Shown: piece by piece, positions 1 to 7,826 of the stretch | Position numbering within the stretch: the stretch's first letter is position 1 | Layout of the letters: each line of letters begins with the position of its first letter | Position numbers and translations under genes: made by a program | The notes under the pieces: model-generated | What the model was told of the DNA's origin: nothing | The model's database searches: none | Seen by the model: only the letters and a program-made list of their open reading frames with translations | DNA from: Thermoproteota archaeon | GTDB taxonomy: Archaea > Korarchaeota > Korarchaeia > Korarchaeales > Korarchaeaceae | Direction: 5' to 3' | DNA length: 21,194 nt | NCBI GenBank assembly: GCA_027491415.1 | Contig: JAOZFH010000017.1 | Coordinates: forward strand, 1 to 21,194

Positions 1-330
1 CCTGAGCCCATCCTCGTGGAGAAGAACGGGATACCCAAGGCCGTCGGAGGGGAGAGGCCCACAATCGAGGAGACCGAACTCTTCATTCTGCAGGCCGCCA
101 GGAGGGCGGTGAAATACAGGCCCCACCCGGTCTGGGGGGAGAAGGTCCTAGTTCCGGAGGAGGTGCCCGGGATAAGCGAGGAGCGCCTGAGGCAGCTGGA
201 CCCGACGACCTACCTCGACATGAGCGAGTTCAAGAAGCTCCTGCGGGCCCAGATCGAGGTCAGCAAGTACTACCTCGACCAGAACTGTCCCGGTCTGCCG
301 AGGGAGATTTACGAGGCAATGGACTTCTGA
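1..330 (+). CDS. pckA: Phosphoenolpyruvate carboxykinase (ATP), C-terminal part; gene starts before the window
   Basis: Frame +1 is open from base 1 (PEPILVEKNG...). HPVWGEKVLVPEEVPGISEERLRQLDPTTY resembles the ATP-PEPCK C-terminal pattern P-F/W-G-x-x-x-P-x-x-x-PG-V...LDPxxT. Only the tail is visible. Confidence 0.6.
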   Translation, partial: PEPILVEKNGIPKAVGGERPTIEETELFILQAARRAVKYRPHPVWGEKVLVPEEVPGISEERLRQLDPTTYLDMSEFKKLLRAQIEVSKYYLDQNCPGLPREIYEAMDF

Positions 331-410
331 CGGAACTTCGCGGCAAGGTTGAGAACATTTTCCGCATGCGGAGAGAAATCGTATAGATACTACGTTCAGT
401 TCGGCCATCC

Positions 411-454
411 CTTTTGGCGATCCCCCTTTTTGTCCTGTCTATTCTGTTTTTTAT
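411..454 (+). promoter_or_regulatory. T-tracts (possible terminator of pckA) and TATA-like TTTTTTAT at 447-454
   Basis: Several T runs after the pckA stop; TTTTTTAT lies ~30 nt upstream of the ATG at 484. Confidence 0.4.
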
Positions 455-483
455 GGTTGTGAGCATAATCTCCTGCCCTGTCC

Positions 484-797
484 ATGCGGAACGGGTATCA
501 CAAGGGAGTCCTGCTTGTGGACCCGTCGGAGAGAGGGGTCAGCGTAAAAGAGCTGGCTGACGGGCTCCTTACTGGAACACTGGTCCCCTCGTCAGGTAGG
601 CACGCCGTCACGGCGATCTCTCCCCCAACGGGCGATCGGGGAGAGTTCACTTCGGGAGGGCCATTCGGATGCAAACTGAGGAGAGGGCAGGATTCGATGG
701 GACAGCGGTGCTCGGCGCGTCCGACAGGCCTGTCCACCTCTTCATCAGGGACGGAGGGGTCGTCCATGCCGCCAAACAGCTGATCGGGAGGGGCTGA
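484..797 (+). pseudogene. aor: Aldehyde:ferredoxin oxidoreductase (AOR family) N-terminal remnant with internal deletion, frameshift and truncation
   Basis: MRNGYHKGVLLVDPSERGVSVKEL matches the AOR N-terminus; GLLTGTLVPSSGRHAVTAISPPTGDRGEFTSGGPFGCKLRR matches GPLTGT...GR...SPLTG....SGG.FG..LK. After a frameshift near 682-687 the shifted frame reads AGFDGTAVLGASDRPVHLFIRDGGV (AOR: AGYD.IV.EG.AEKPVY..I.D), stopping at TGA 795-797. Confidence 0.8.
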
Positions 798-812
798 AAT
801 CTGGGTCTTCCC

Positions 813-2198
813 TTGTTGGACGTGTTAGATTTGGCTGAGAGCGGTCCCTACATGGAGGAGGGGGAGTTTGACCTCAGAGTGGCCAAGCTGTGCAGGGAGC
901 TCGCTGAAGAGTACGACATACGCTACGACCCCGAGCGGGTTGTCGTTGACGACGACAGCCTGGCGGATGCCGTGTTTGACGCAGGCCTCAGGCTCGCCTC
1001 GGAGGTCGGCATGTACTGCTTGAACGCCAGGAGAGTCATCAGGTTCTCTGAGGAACAGCTCTTGGAGGGCCTGCTGTGCGCCTCCAGCCCCCTCACGATC
1101 GGCAGAGGAAGGGACGCGCGCGTCCTCTACGCAAGGGGAGTTGAGGACGGGAGGCGGCCGATCATCTTTGGTGGTCAGCCAGGCGCCTCGATCCCAGAGG
1201 AGTGGTTCCTGCCCACTGCCGTCTCGTACATGATGGAGCCCCTCGTTGACGCCGTGAACCACGGAAGGCTCGATTTGGTTGGCGGCAGGAGGGTCAGGGC
1301 GCGTAGCCCGCTGGAAGCGATCGCCACCAGGCGAGAGCTCACGCTGCTCAGGGAGGCCGCCAGGAGAGCTGGGAGACCTGGGATCCACCTAATCGCCGGT
1401 GAGAGCAGCGTTACGTGCGTAGGGGCCCTCGCCGTAGCTTCAGAGAGGTACCTCAGGACCAGCGACGCGCACCTCATAGGAGTGATCTGCGAGCTGAAGA
1501 CGGATTACGACAGGCTGACCAAGGCAGTCTGCTTTGCAGACTACGGCGCGTTGAGCGTTACCCTCGCGGATCCGCTCATCGGATGGTTCGCCGGAGGTCC
1601 AGATGGCGCCGCCATCTGCGCAGTCGCGTCTCTCCTGCTGGGGAGGCTGGCCTACCGGTCTGCATATTACGTATGCCACCCGAACCACCTCAGGGTCGCC
1701 GGCACGAGCAACCCAGAGTGCCTCTGGGTCGCCTCCGCCGTGGGACATGCGATGGCCAGGCGGGCCCACACTCCCGTCCTGGGGGCAATCTGGACCGCGT
1801 CGGGCGCCGGCACCGAGGAGGTCTTCTACGAAGTTGCCGCCGCCACCGTGGCGAGCGTCGTCTCGGGCTTCCACCCGGCTGGAGTCTCCTCCGCGAGCGG
1901 GATCCAACCAAACGCCAGCGGGCTCGAAGTCAGGTTCATGGCGGAGGTGGCGATCGCGGTAGCCGAGAGCGGGTTGAGCCGATCCGAGTCTAACGAGATC
2001 GTGAGGGTCCTGCTGAAGAGATACGCCCTAAGCTTAGAGGAGCCGAAGATTGGACGTCCATTCCCGGAGCTCTATGATCTTCGAGCCGTGACTCCGAGGG
2101 AGTGGTGGCTCCAGCTCTACCAAAAGATGAGGAAGGGGCTAGAGGAGATCACGGGGCTCCCTCTTGGATCCATCGACCCGCGCGGCACTGAGCAATGA
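813..2198 (+). CDS. mtmB: Monomethylamine:corrinoid methyltransferase (MtmB) family protein, pyrrolysine-free
   Basis: Full-length colinear similarity to MtmB: G.YC...R.I.F.E.., GRGRDA, P.I.GG..G..I.E, SPLEA, AGRPG, ELK.D, AGG, GLE.R.M.EVA, G..F.E.YD...VTP. No in-frame TAG; the Pyl-equivalent codon is ATC (1392-1394). TTG start is uncertain. Confidence 0.88.
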   Translation: MLDVLDLAESGPYMEEGEFDLRVAKLCRELAEEYDIRYDPERVVVDDDSLADAVFDAGLRLASEVGMYCLNARRVIRFSEEQLLEGLLCASSPLTIGRGRDARVLYARGVEDGRRPIIFGGQPGASIPEEWFLPTAVSYMMEPLVDAVNHGRLDLVGGRRVRARSPLEAIATRRELTLLREAARRAGRPGIHLIAGESSVTCVGALAVASERYLRTSDAHLIGVICELKTDYDRLTKAVCFADYGALSVTLADPLIGWFAGGPDGAAICAVASLLLGRLAYRSAYYVCHPNHLRVAGTSNPECLWVASAVGHAMARRAHTPVLGAIWTASGAGTEEVFYEVAAATVASVVSGFHPAGVSSASGIQPNASGLEVRFMAEVAIAVAESGLSRSESNEIVRVLLKRYALSLEEPKIGRPFPELYDLRAVTPREWWLQLYQKMRKGLEEITGLPLGSIDPRGTEQ

Positions 2199-2382
2199 TC
2201 TCCTTACCACCCATCCCACAGCCTCGTAGCCTGCTCGCGAGCCTTCTCTCGAACCTCCTCCTCATATCTACCGTTAGGGCCCTTCTGTCCCTCACGACTA
2301 ACTGGAGGGACTACTTAGCTCCTCAAGATAGCCCCATAATTCGAGCGAGAGTTCTAACACCCCTCCCGCAGACGCCCGGGAG

Positions 2383-2592
2383 TTAGGGAGACGAGAGGTA
2401 GATCCACAGGCCCATCAGGGCGGTCAGCAGGCCGAGGACCATGTGCATAAACCTCAGGTATGGGGCGAACCAGCGGATCGCCCTGATCTTAGGCGCGAGC
2501 AGCAGGGCTAGCCCGGTGAGGACGACTGCCGACCCGTACCACAGGGCGACCTTCCCCAGCGCGCAGTGGTCCACGACCACCGTCCAGCTCAA
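2383..2592 (-). CDS. Small two-helix membrane protein with two HxxLG motifs
   Basis: 69 aa, two hydrophobic segments, HCALG and HMVLG. Start overlaps the stop of the upstream nitroreductase (TTGA overlap), implying translational coupling. Confidence 0.65.
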   Translation of the reverse strand: MSWTVVVDHCALGKVALWYGSAVVLTGLALLLAPKIRAIRWFAPYLRFMHMVLGLLTALMGLWIYLSSP

Positions 2593-3326
2593 GGCGCAAC
2601 CCTCCCGACCGGGAATACGTAGAGCGGGCTCAGCCTCACCTGCAGGATTTCGGCTACTTCGTCGTCGTGGAACGCACCGACCGCCACCGTCCCGAAGCCC
2701 ATCGCGGTCGCCTGCAGGTAGATGTTCTCCCCCACATGCCCGGCCTCCATGTGAACGTACCTGACTCCCCTCTCCCCATACGCCTCGGTGGTCCTCGAGT
2801 AGTCGGCGGCGATCACGAGACAGACGGGCGCCTCCCTAACCCAGGCCTGGCCAAGGGCGGCCTCGGCCAGCTCCTCGGAGAAGTCACCCCTCCTGACCAG
2901 CCTGAGCCCGTGGGGCTCTGGGAGGTACTCGTAGACCCCGGACTCGAGGCCCAGGACCCCGCCCTCCCTCACCACGGCGAACACCGTCAGCGGGTAGGTG
3001 GCCCCAGCGCTGGGGGCCGATCTAAACCCTCGGACTGGATCTGTGATCCCTTGGGCAGCCCACAGGAGCTGGGAGAGCTCCTGCAGCGTGATGGGGGAGT
3101 CAACGTAGGACCTTATCGACCTCCTGGACGCTATGGCCTCCTCCACGCTCACCTCCCCCGTGAGCGAGGGAGCCGGCAGCCGGATCACTCCCCCGACCTC
3201 TGCCGCGGTCTCTGGAACCCTGACCACCGTGACGGCGCCGGTGAGGATGAGCACGCCAGCAGTCAAGAGCGTCAGGACTAGGACGAAGGGCATCGAGGAC
3301 CTCGAGGAGGGGGACGCCACACCCAT
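2589..3326 (-). CDS. SagB/ThcOx-like nitroreductase-family (FMN) oxidoreductase with N-terminal membrane anchor
   Basis: Motifs SVEEAIASRRSIRSY, LSQLLWAAQG, RSAPSAGATYP, EAGHVGENIYLQATAMGFGTVAVGAF; hydrophobic FVLVLTLLTAGVLILTGAVTVV near the N-terminus. Start taken at ATG 3326; ATG 3293 is an alternative. Confidence 0.88.
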   Translation of the reverse strand: MGVASPSSRSSMPFVLVLTLLTAGVLILTGAVTVVRVPETAAEVGGVIRLPAPSLTGEVSVEEAIASRRSIRSYVDSPITLQELSQLLWAAQGITDPVRGFRSAPSAGATYPLTVFAVVREGGVLGLESGVYEYLPEPHGLRLVRRGDFSEELAEAALGQAWVREAPVCLVIAADYSRTTEAYGERGVRYVHMEAGHVGENIYLQATAMGFGTVAVGAFHDDEVAEILQVRLSPLYVFPVGRVAP

Positions 3327-3451
3327 ATTCCTCGGCCCGAACAAAAGAAGATGTCGCCGATGCGGCGGGCCTCAGGGGATTCATGAGTTGCTTACGAGGC
3401 TATGAATACGCGCTCGGCTTTTAGAAATGAAGATTGAAGATTTTTGACTAT

Positions 3452-4411
3452 ATGACCCGATGTAAAGAGGGTTGTCCAGTGGGCGTGTCGGCCTCAGATG
3501 TCTACTCTCAGAGCTGGGAGCACCTGAGGCATGTGGAGAACGAGAGATACTGGTTCCTCACGACCTATCAAGCGATCGCGCTGGCGTTAATCGCCGCCAT
3601 CGCAAAGATCTTGGGCTCTCCCCTTCATCTCCTCAGTCTAATTCTCGCGGAACTCGGTCTCTTTGCTTCCGCCTCCACTTCGCTGCTGGGACTATTTGTT
3701 GCAATCACGCTGAGAGCCGCTTACACCTCTCACCTAAGAGTAGTGAAGAAGATTTACCTTGTGGACGGGAAAATTCGCTCCTACTATCCCTACTGGATGG
3801 GTGACGAGCCTTGGGGGGAGGCCGGATTCGTCGACTTACCCCACAAATTCGCCAAGCTAGGCACGTCCTTCCACGGGATCCACATCTCGATCTTCAGATC
3901 AACTATCTTCGTGGTTCTCGCCTCGATGACGCTTCTCCCGGTGGTCCTGGGCCTGCTCTCCGTTGATTCCGGCGTCCTCCGCGAAGCGTTGATCATCACA
4001 AGCGCCTCCGCGACCGCTTTGACCTGGCTTTTCTACTGCTGGCTCTTTCGTCATGTCCGAAGGGGTCTGGAGGAGTCTGCTCAACTGCTCAAGGCTTTCT
4101 TGGAAGGGTTCTGTCAAAGAACGGGTGGATCCCACCCTCAGAGGATTTGTGAGGAACTAGAGGGGGCTGCGGAGTTCCTGGGCGGACTCGCAGATCTGTC
4201 GAGGCAGAGGTTTCTTATCGCGCTGCTTGGCGCTCTGCTGGCGGACGTCTGGCTCGGGCAGGTGGAAGCACACCTCGGGAGTTTCATAGGGTTTGCTGGA
4301 TTCTTAGCGGGTCAAGCAATCGTCCTAGGATGTATTAATCTCACTCTCAACGACTACCTCAGGGCAGCTGACGATGCTGACAGACTTTACTCCACATTCT
4401 TTGTCATTTGA
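3452..4411 (+). CDS. Hypothetical multi-pass membrane protein, lower GC than flanks
   Basis: Long ORF with about six hydrophobic segments. Sampled 60-nt lines are 50-53% GC versus 75% in a sampled glcD line. Start ATG 3452 (TTG 3434 possible). Confidence 0.7.
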   Translation: MTRCKEGCPVGVSASDVYSQSWEHLRHVENERYWFLTTYQAIALALIAAIAKILGSPLHLLSLILAELGLFASASTSLLGLFVAITLRAAYTSHLRVVKKIYLVDGKIRSYYPYWMGDEPWGEAGFVDLPHKFAKLGTSFHGIHISIFRSTIFVVLASMTLLPVVLGLLSVDSGVLREALIITSASATALTWLFYCWLFRHVRRGLEESAQLLKAFLEGFCQRTGGSHPQRICEELEGAAEFLGGLADLSRQRFLIALLGALLADVWLGQVEAHLGSFIGFAGFLAGQAIVLGCINLTLNDYLRAADDADRLYSTFFVI

Positions 4412-4611
4412 ATGGAACACTGAGGGGGAACCGCTCTCAGACGACCAGAGCCTCCGCGGAAGATCGACTGAAGGCCTGAGATCTTCAGGAGGCTGAAGGT
4501 AGTTCGAGAGACCGAATAAGTAAGCCGCAGGAGATTGGTGAGATCTCAGGGTTCGCTGTCTTGAAGTGAGCCGCGTGGGGTTCCGGGATGGGAGGGCGCG
4601 TCACACACACC

Positions 4612-4668
4612 AAAAAAAGGAGAGAGTGCGTCGGAGAACTCCGCTCTTGCGTCATTCAAGTAAAAAAG
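4612..4668 (-). terminator. Oligo-T archaeal terminator tracts downstream of fbp
   Basis: A6 at 4662-4667 and A7 at 4612-4618 on + strand (T tracts on -), just after the fbp stop at 4681. Confidence 0.5.
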
Positions 4669-4680
4669 GTTGGAGGCGGC

Positions 4681-5781
4681 TCAGGCTTCCCTGAACCTGT
4701 CCTTCAGCTTCTCGAGCACCTGGGGGAGGGTTGTGTACTCCATCTCCCCCGGCCCGAGCCTGTGGGGCATGAAGGGGCCGTGCCTCCTCATGTAGTCCGC
4801 TATCTCGTTCGCGAGCCTCCTGGCCCTCTCGAAGGCGACGTCCGCGAACAGGTCGCTGGGGCCGATCAGCTTGGAGTCCTTGACGTTGAAGCCCAGGGCG
4901 ACGACCCTCGGCGGGCCGTCGAACCTGCTGGGCCTGGCGTCGGCCTCGCCCACCGGCATGAGCGGGCCGTTGTGGGACCCCCTCATCCACCCCGCCACCA
5001 GGTGCGGGAAGGCGAAGGGCTCTAAGACCTCTCCGAGGGCTGGGAACTTGCTCTGGGCCCTGACTATGGCCACTGGATCGTCCTTGCCCACGTACTTCCC
5101 GGCGATCAGGTTCAGCCTGGTGGTGCTCACCGCCGCGGCCACGTCCCTCGGCTCCTCCCTGGTGTAGACCCTCCTGATCACGTACCTCTCCGGCGAGCCT
5201 ATGAGGGCCAGGAGGTCGTACATCTCCTCCGGGGTGCTGAGCTCGACGACCTTGCCCTCGTGAACGTCCATCACCTCGAAGGTGAAGCCCCTGTGGAGCT
5301 TGGGCGCGATAACCAGCCCGGCCGTGTTGAAGGGGTCGGCGAACATCCTGAACACGGGGAGATTGAAGGCGCCGGGCTCTGTCTTGTCGGCCATGAACAC
5401 GACCACCGGCTCGGCCGGCCTCTCCTCGATCTCGATCTCGGCGTAGCCAGGGCCCATCCCCCTGAGGTTGCCCGAGAAGGCGTCGCTGAGGAGGTCCTGC
5501 CCCGCCCCGTAGAGGCCCAAGCCCCTCGCCACATCCGCAGCTCTCTTGAAGGTCTCCCAGGCGAGAGTGTGGATCTCCTCGCTCTCCTCGCCCTTTCTGT
5601 GGGTCATTATGAGTTCCAGGTCGTCTCCCACTCGAGTGACGTAGAAGTCTTCGATGAGCCCCTCCCTCTTGGCCTTCGCCAGCTCCTGCCTGGCCACGTC
5701 CAGCAGCTGAGGAGGGGCGACGTGGTGACCCGCCAGGCTCCCGATGTCCGCCTTTATGACGGACAGCGTCGTCTTGACCAT
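4681..5781 (-). CDS. fbp: Fructose-1,6-bisphosphate aldolase/phosphatase (class V FBPase)
   Basis: Diagnostic motifs TLSVIKADIGSLAGH, VGDD, YGAGQDLLSDAFSGN, ADKTEPGAFN, GKYVGKDDP, GWMRGSHNGPLMP, RFDGPPR, HGPFMPHRL, EMEYTTLP. Start ATG 5781 with GGTGA upstream (ATG 5787 possible). Confidence 0.97.
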   Translation of the reverse strand: MVKTTLSVIKADIGSLAGHHVAPPQLLDVARQELAKAKREGLIEDFYVTRVGDDLELIMTHRKGEESEEIHTLAWETFKRAADVARGLGLYGAGQDLLSDAFSGNLRGMGPGYAEIEIEERPAEPVVVFMADKTEPGAFNLPVFRMFADPFNTAGLVIAPKLHRGFTFEVMDVHEGKVVELSTPEEMYDLLALIGSPERYVIRRVYTREEPRDVAAAVSTTRLNLIAGKYVGKDDPVAIVRAQSKFPALGEVLEPFAFPHLVAGWMRGSHNGPLMPVGEADARPSRFDGPPRVVALGFNVKDSKLIGPSDLFADVAFERARRLANEIADYMRRHGPFMPHRLGPGEMEYTTLPQVLEKLKDRFREA

Positions 5782-5971
5782 GGACATCACCGGGGCGTCA
5801 GGCTGCGGCACGGACTAAATGTTTTTGACCCCCTGCTGAGGCGACGCGGAAATCGCAGCCGATTGCCCGCAGGGCTCAGCCCGCGATAGAACGAGCCGAA
5901 GTTTCCTGAGGCCCCACAGGGTGAGCCGGGGCTCCAGGGGGGCCGATGGGCTCGAAGAAAGCTTGCCATCG

Positions 5972-6022
5972 GGGAAGAATGTTTAATAGGGCCGGAGGCC
6001 AAACGCCTGGGGTGTGAGGCGT
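5972..6022 (+). promoter_or_regulatory. BRE/TATA promoter and RBS of rbcL
   Basis: GGGAAGAATG followed by TTTAATA (5982-5988); GGGGTGTGAGG just before the TTG start. Confidence 0.6.
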
Positions 6023-6023
6023 T

Positions 6024-7355
6024 TTGTCTGAAGAGTTTGAACCTTATCCAAGCTTCATAAAGAAGGACTACGTGCCGAACCCCGACGAAGACGTGATCGT
6101 CTCGTTCAGGGTGAAGCCGGCAAAGGGATTCACCGTCGAGGACGCCGCCGGGGCTGTGGCAGCGGAGAGCAGCGTCGGGACCTGGACGACGCTCTACAGC
6201 TGGTACGACCAGGGCAGGATCGGTAAACTCATGGGAAAGGCCTACTCCTTCAAGGACCTCGGTGACGGATCCTACATCGTCAGGGTGGCCTACCCCGTGG
6301 AGCTCTTCGAGAGGGGGAACATGCCGGGCCTGCTCGCGTCGATCGCGGGCAACGTGTTCGGCATGAAGAGGGTTGACGGGCTGCGCGTGGAGGACATATA
6401 CCTCCCGGAGGCATTCCTCAGGGACTTCAAGGGACCCAGCAGGGGGATCAGCGGGGTCCGGGAGATATTCGGGGTCTACGACAGGCCGATCGTCGGGACC
6501 GTGCCGAAGCCCAAGGTCGGCTACACCCCAGACGAGGTGGAGAGGCTCGCCTACGAGATACTCAGCGGCGGGATGGACTACATCAAGGACGACGAGAACC
6601 TGACGGATCCCAGCTACTGCAGGTTCGAGGAGAGGGCGAAGGCGATAATGAAGGTCATAGAAAGGGTGGAGAGTGAGACCGGCGAGAGGAAGGTTTGGTT
6701 CGCCAACATAACGTCGGACGTGAGGGAGATGAAGAAGAGGCTCGAGCTAGTGGCGGACCTCGGGAACCCCTTCGTCATGGTGGATGTGGTGGTGGCGGGC
6801 TGGTCATCCGTCACCTACGTGAGGGACTTGGCCGAGGAGTACGGGGTCGCGATACACGCCCACCGGGCGATGCACTCCGCGTTCACACGGAACCACTACC
6901 ACGGCATCTCCATGTACGTCCTCGCGAAGCTCTACCGGATAATAGGCGTGGACCAGATCCACGTCGGCACCCCGGGCGTCGGCAAGCTGGAGGCCGAGGC
7001 CAGGGAGGTGATCAGGTACGCCGCCATACTGCGGGAGGAGCACTTCAGGCCGGACCCGGACGACGACTTCCACCTAGAGCAGAGGATGTACCACATAAAG
7101 CCCGCCTTCCCGGTCTCGTCTGGAGGCCTGCACCCAGGCACCCTGCCGGACGTGGTCGGGGCCCTTGGGAGGGACCTCGTCATACAGGTCGGGGGCGGGG
7201 TGATCGGACACCCCGACGGCCCCAGGGCCGGGGCGATGGCCGTAAGGCAGGCCCTCGACGCGATATCTGAGGGGGTCCGGCTGGACGAGTACGCGGAGAC
7301 CCACAGGGAACTCAGGAGGGCTCTGGAGAAGTGGGGGTTCGTCAGGCCGATCTGA
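6024..7355 (+). CDS. rbcL: Ribulose-1,5-bisphosphate carboxylase/oxygenase, form III (archaeal)
   Basis: All main catalytic motifs present: AESSVGTW, AGNVFG, PKPK, DYIKDDENL, HAHRAMH, IHVGT, GKLE (loop 6 Lys), SSGGLHPG, QVGGG.GHP. 443 aa; no small-subunit gene nearby. Confidence 0.96.
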   Translation: MSEEFEPYPSFIKKDYVPNPDEDVIVSFRVKPAKGFTVEDAAGAVAAESSVGTWTTLYSWYDQGRIGKLMGKAYSFKDLGDGSYIVRVAYPVELFERGNMPGLLASIAGNVFGMKRVDGLRVEDIYLPEAFLRDFKGPSRGISGVREIFGVYDRPIVGTVPKPKVGYTPDEVERLAYEILSGGMDYIKDDENLTDPSYCRFEERAKAIMKVIERVESETGERKVWFANITSDVREMKKRLELVADLGNPFVMVDVVVAGWSSVTYVRDLAEEYGVAIHAHRAMHSAFTRNHYHGISMYVLAKLYRIIGVDQIHVGTPGVGKLEAEAREVIRYAAILREEHFRPDPDDDFHLEQRMYHIKPAFPVSSGGLHPGTLPDVVGALGRDLVIQVGGGVIGHPDGPRAGAMAVRQALDAISEGVRLDEYAETHRELRRALEKWGFVRPI

Positions 7356-7424
7356 GGCCCCTACCCCCTCCACTCCACCTCACCTTTTGGAGGTTCGCCC
7401 CTTCGCGCTCAGCGATGCACCGGC

Positions 7425-7671
7425 CAGGGGTCGCCTCTTCCCTTGGGAGTTCCCGCCAAGGACTGGCTGCGGCCAGGGACGAACGGCTCTCAGTGCTTGG
7501 ACCTGGGTTCTGGAGTCCTTCTCCTACCTACCTACCCCCACCCTGCTGAACCTGAAGAAAGCATCGGAATAAGGGTTAGCCTCGTACAGCCGTCTGGAGC
7601 CATCCGAACGGCCACACTAAGGGCTGGAGATATAACGATCCTGGCGGGGGGTCCCAAGGGAGCTACCCCTG
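7425..7671. mobile_element. Candidate MITE or structured element with ~33-38 bp imperfect terminal inverted repeats
   Basis: Left end caggggtcgcctcttcccttgggagttcccgccaagga (7425-7462) versus reverse complement of 7639-7671, caggggtagctcccttgggaccccccgccagga. No transposase and no obvious target-site duplication. Confidence 0.5.
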
Positions 7672-7745
7672 TAAGCAGATCAGGGGTCGCCGTCCGATTT
7701 GCCCCGGGTGAGATTCGTCTGTTTGGTAGAAAGACCGAAGAGGCA

Positions 7746-7784
7746 AATATTCTAGAGTCGGCGCTGGGGCAAACTCAGAATATT
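7746..7784. repeat. Inverted repeat / hairpin (12 bp stem, 1-nt bulge, 14-nt loop)
   Basis: aatattct-a-gagt (7746-7758) pairs with actc-agaatatt (7773-7784). Confidence 0.7.
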
Positions 7785-7826
7785 AACGCACGAGGCCCTC
7801 GGAAGAGCAGAGAAAAAACAGGTTCG

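Noticed and set aside
1380-1400. Pyrrolysine (amber) recoding in mtmB
   Set aside because: The equivalent codon is ATC and the ORF has no in-frame TAG.
2195-2386. 63-aa ORF overlapping the mtmB stop
   Set aside because: No recognisable features; could be real but unsupported.
2589-3326. Azole-containing RiPP cluster implied by the SagB-like gene
   Set aside because: No YcaO, E1-like or precursor-peptide gene in the window.
4412-4600. Repeated GAGATCT palindromes and short ORF pieces after the low-GC gene
   Set aside because: Too short to distinguish from chance; no assignable remnant.
7400-7800. RNase P or SRP RNA as the explanation for the structured region
   Set aside because: No RNase P CR-I/CR-V motifs (GAGGAAAGUCC, ACAGAA...GGCUUA) or SRP helix 8 motif found on either strand by eye.
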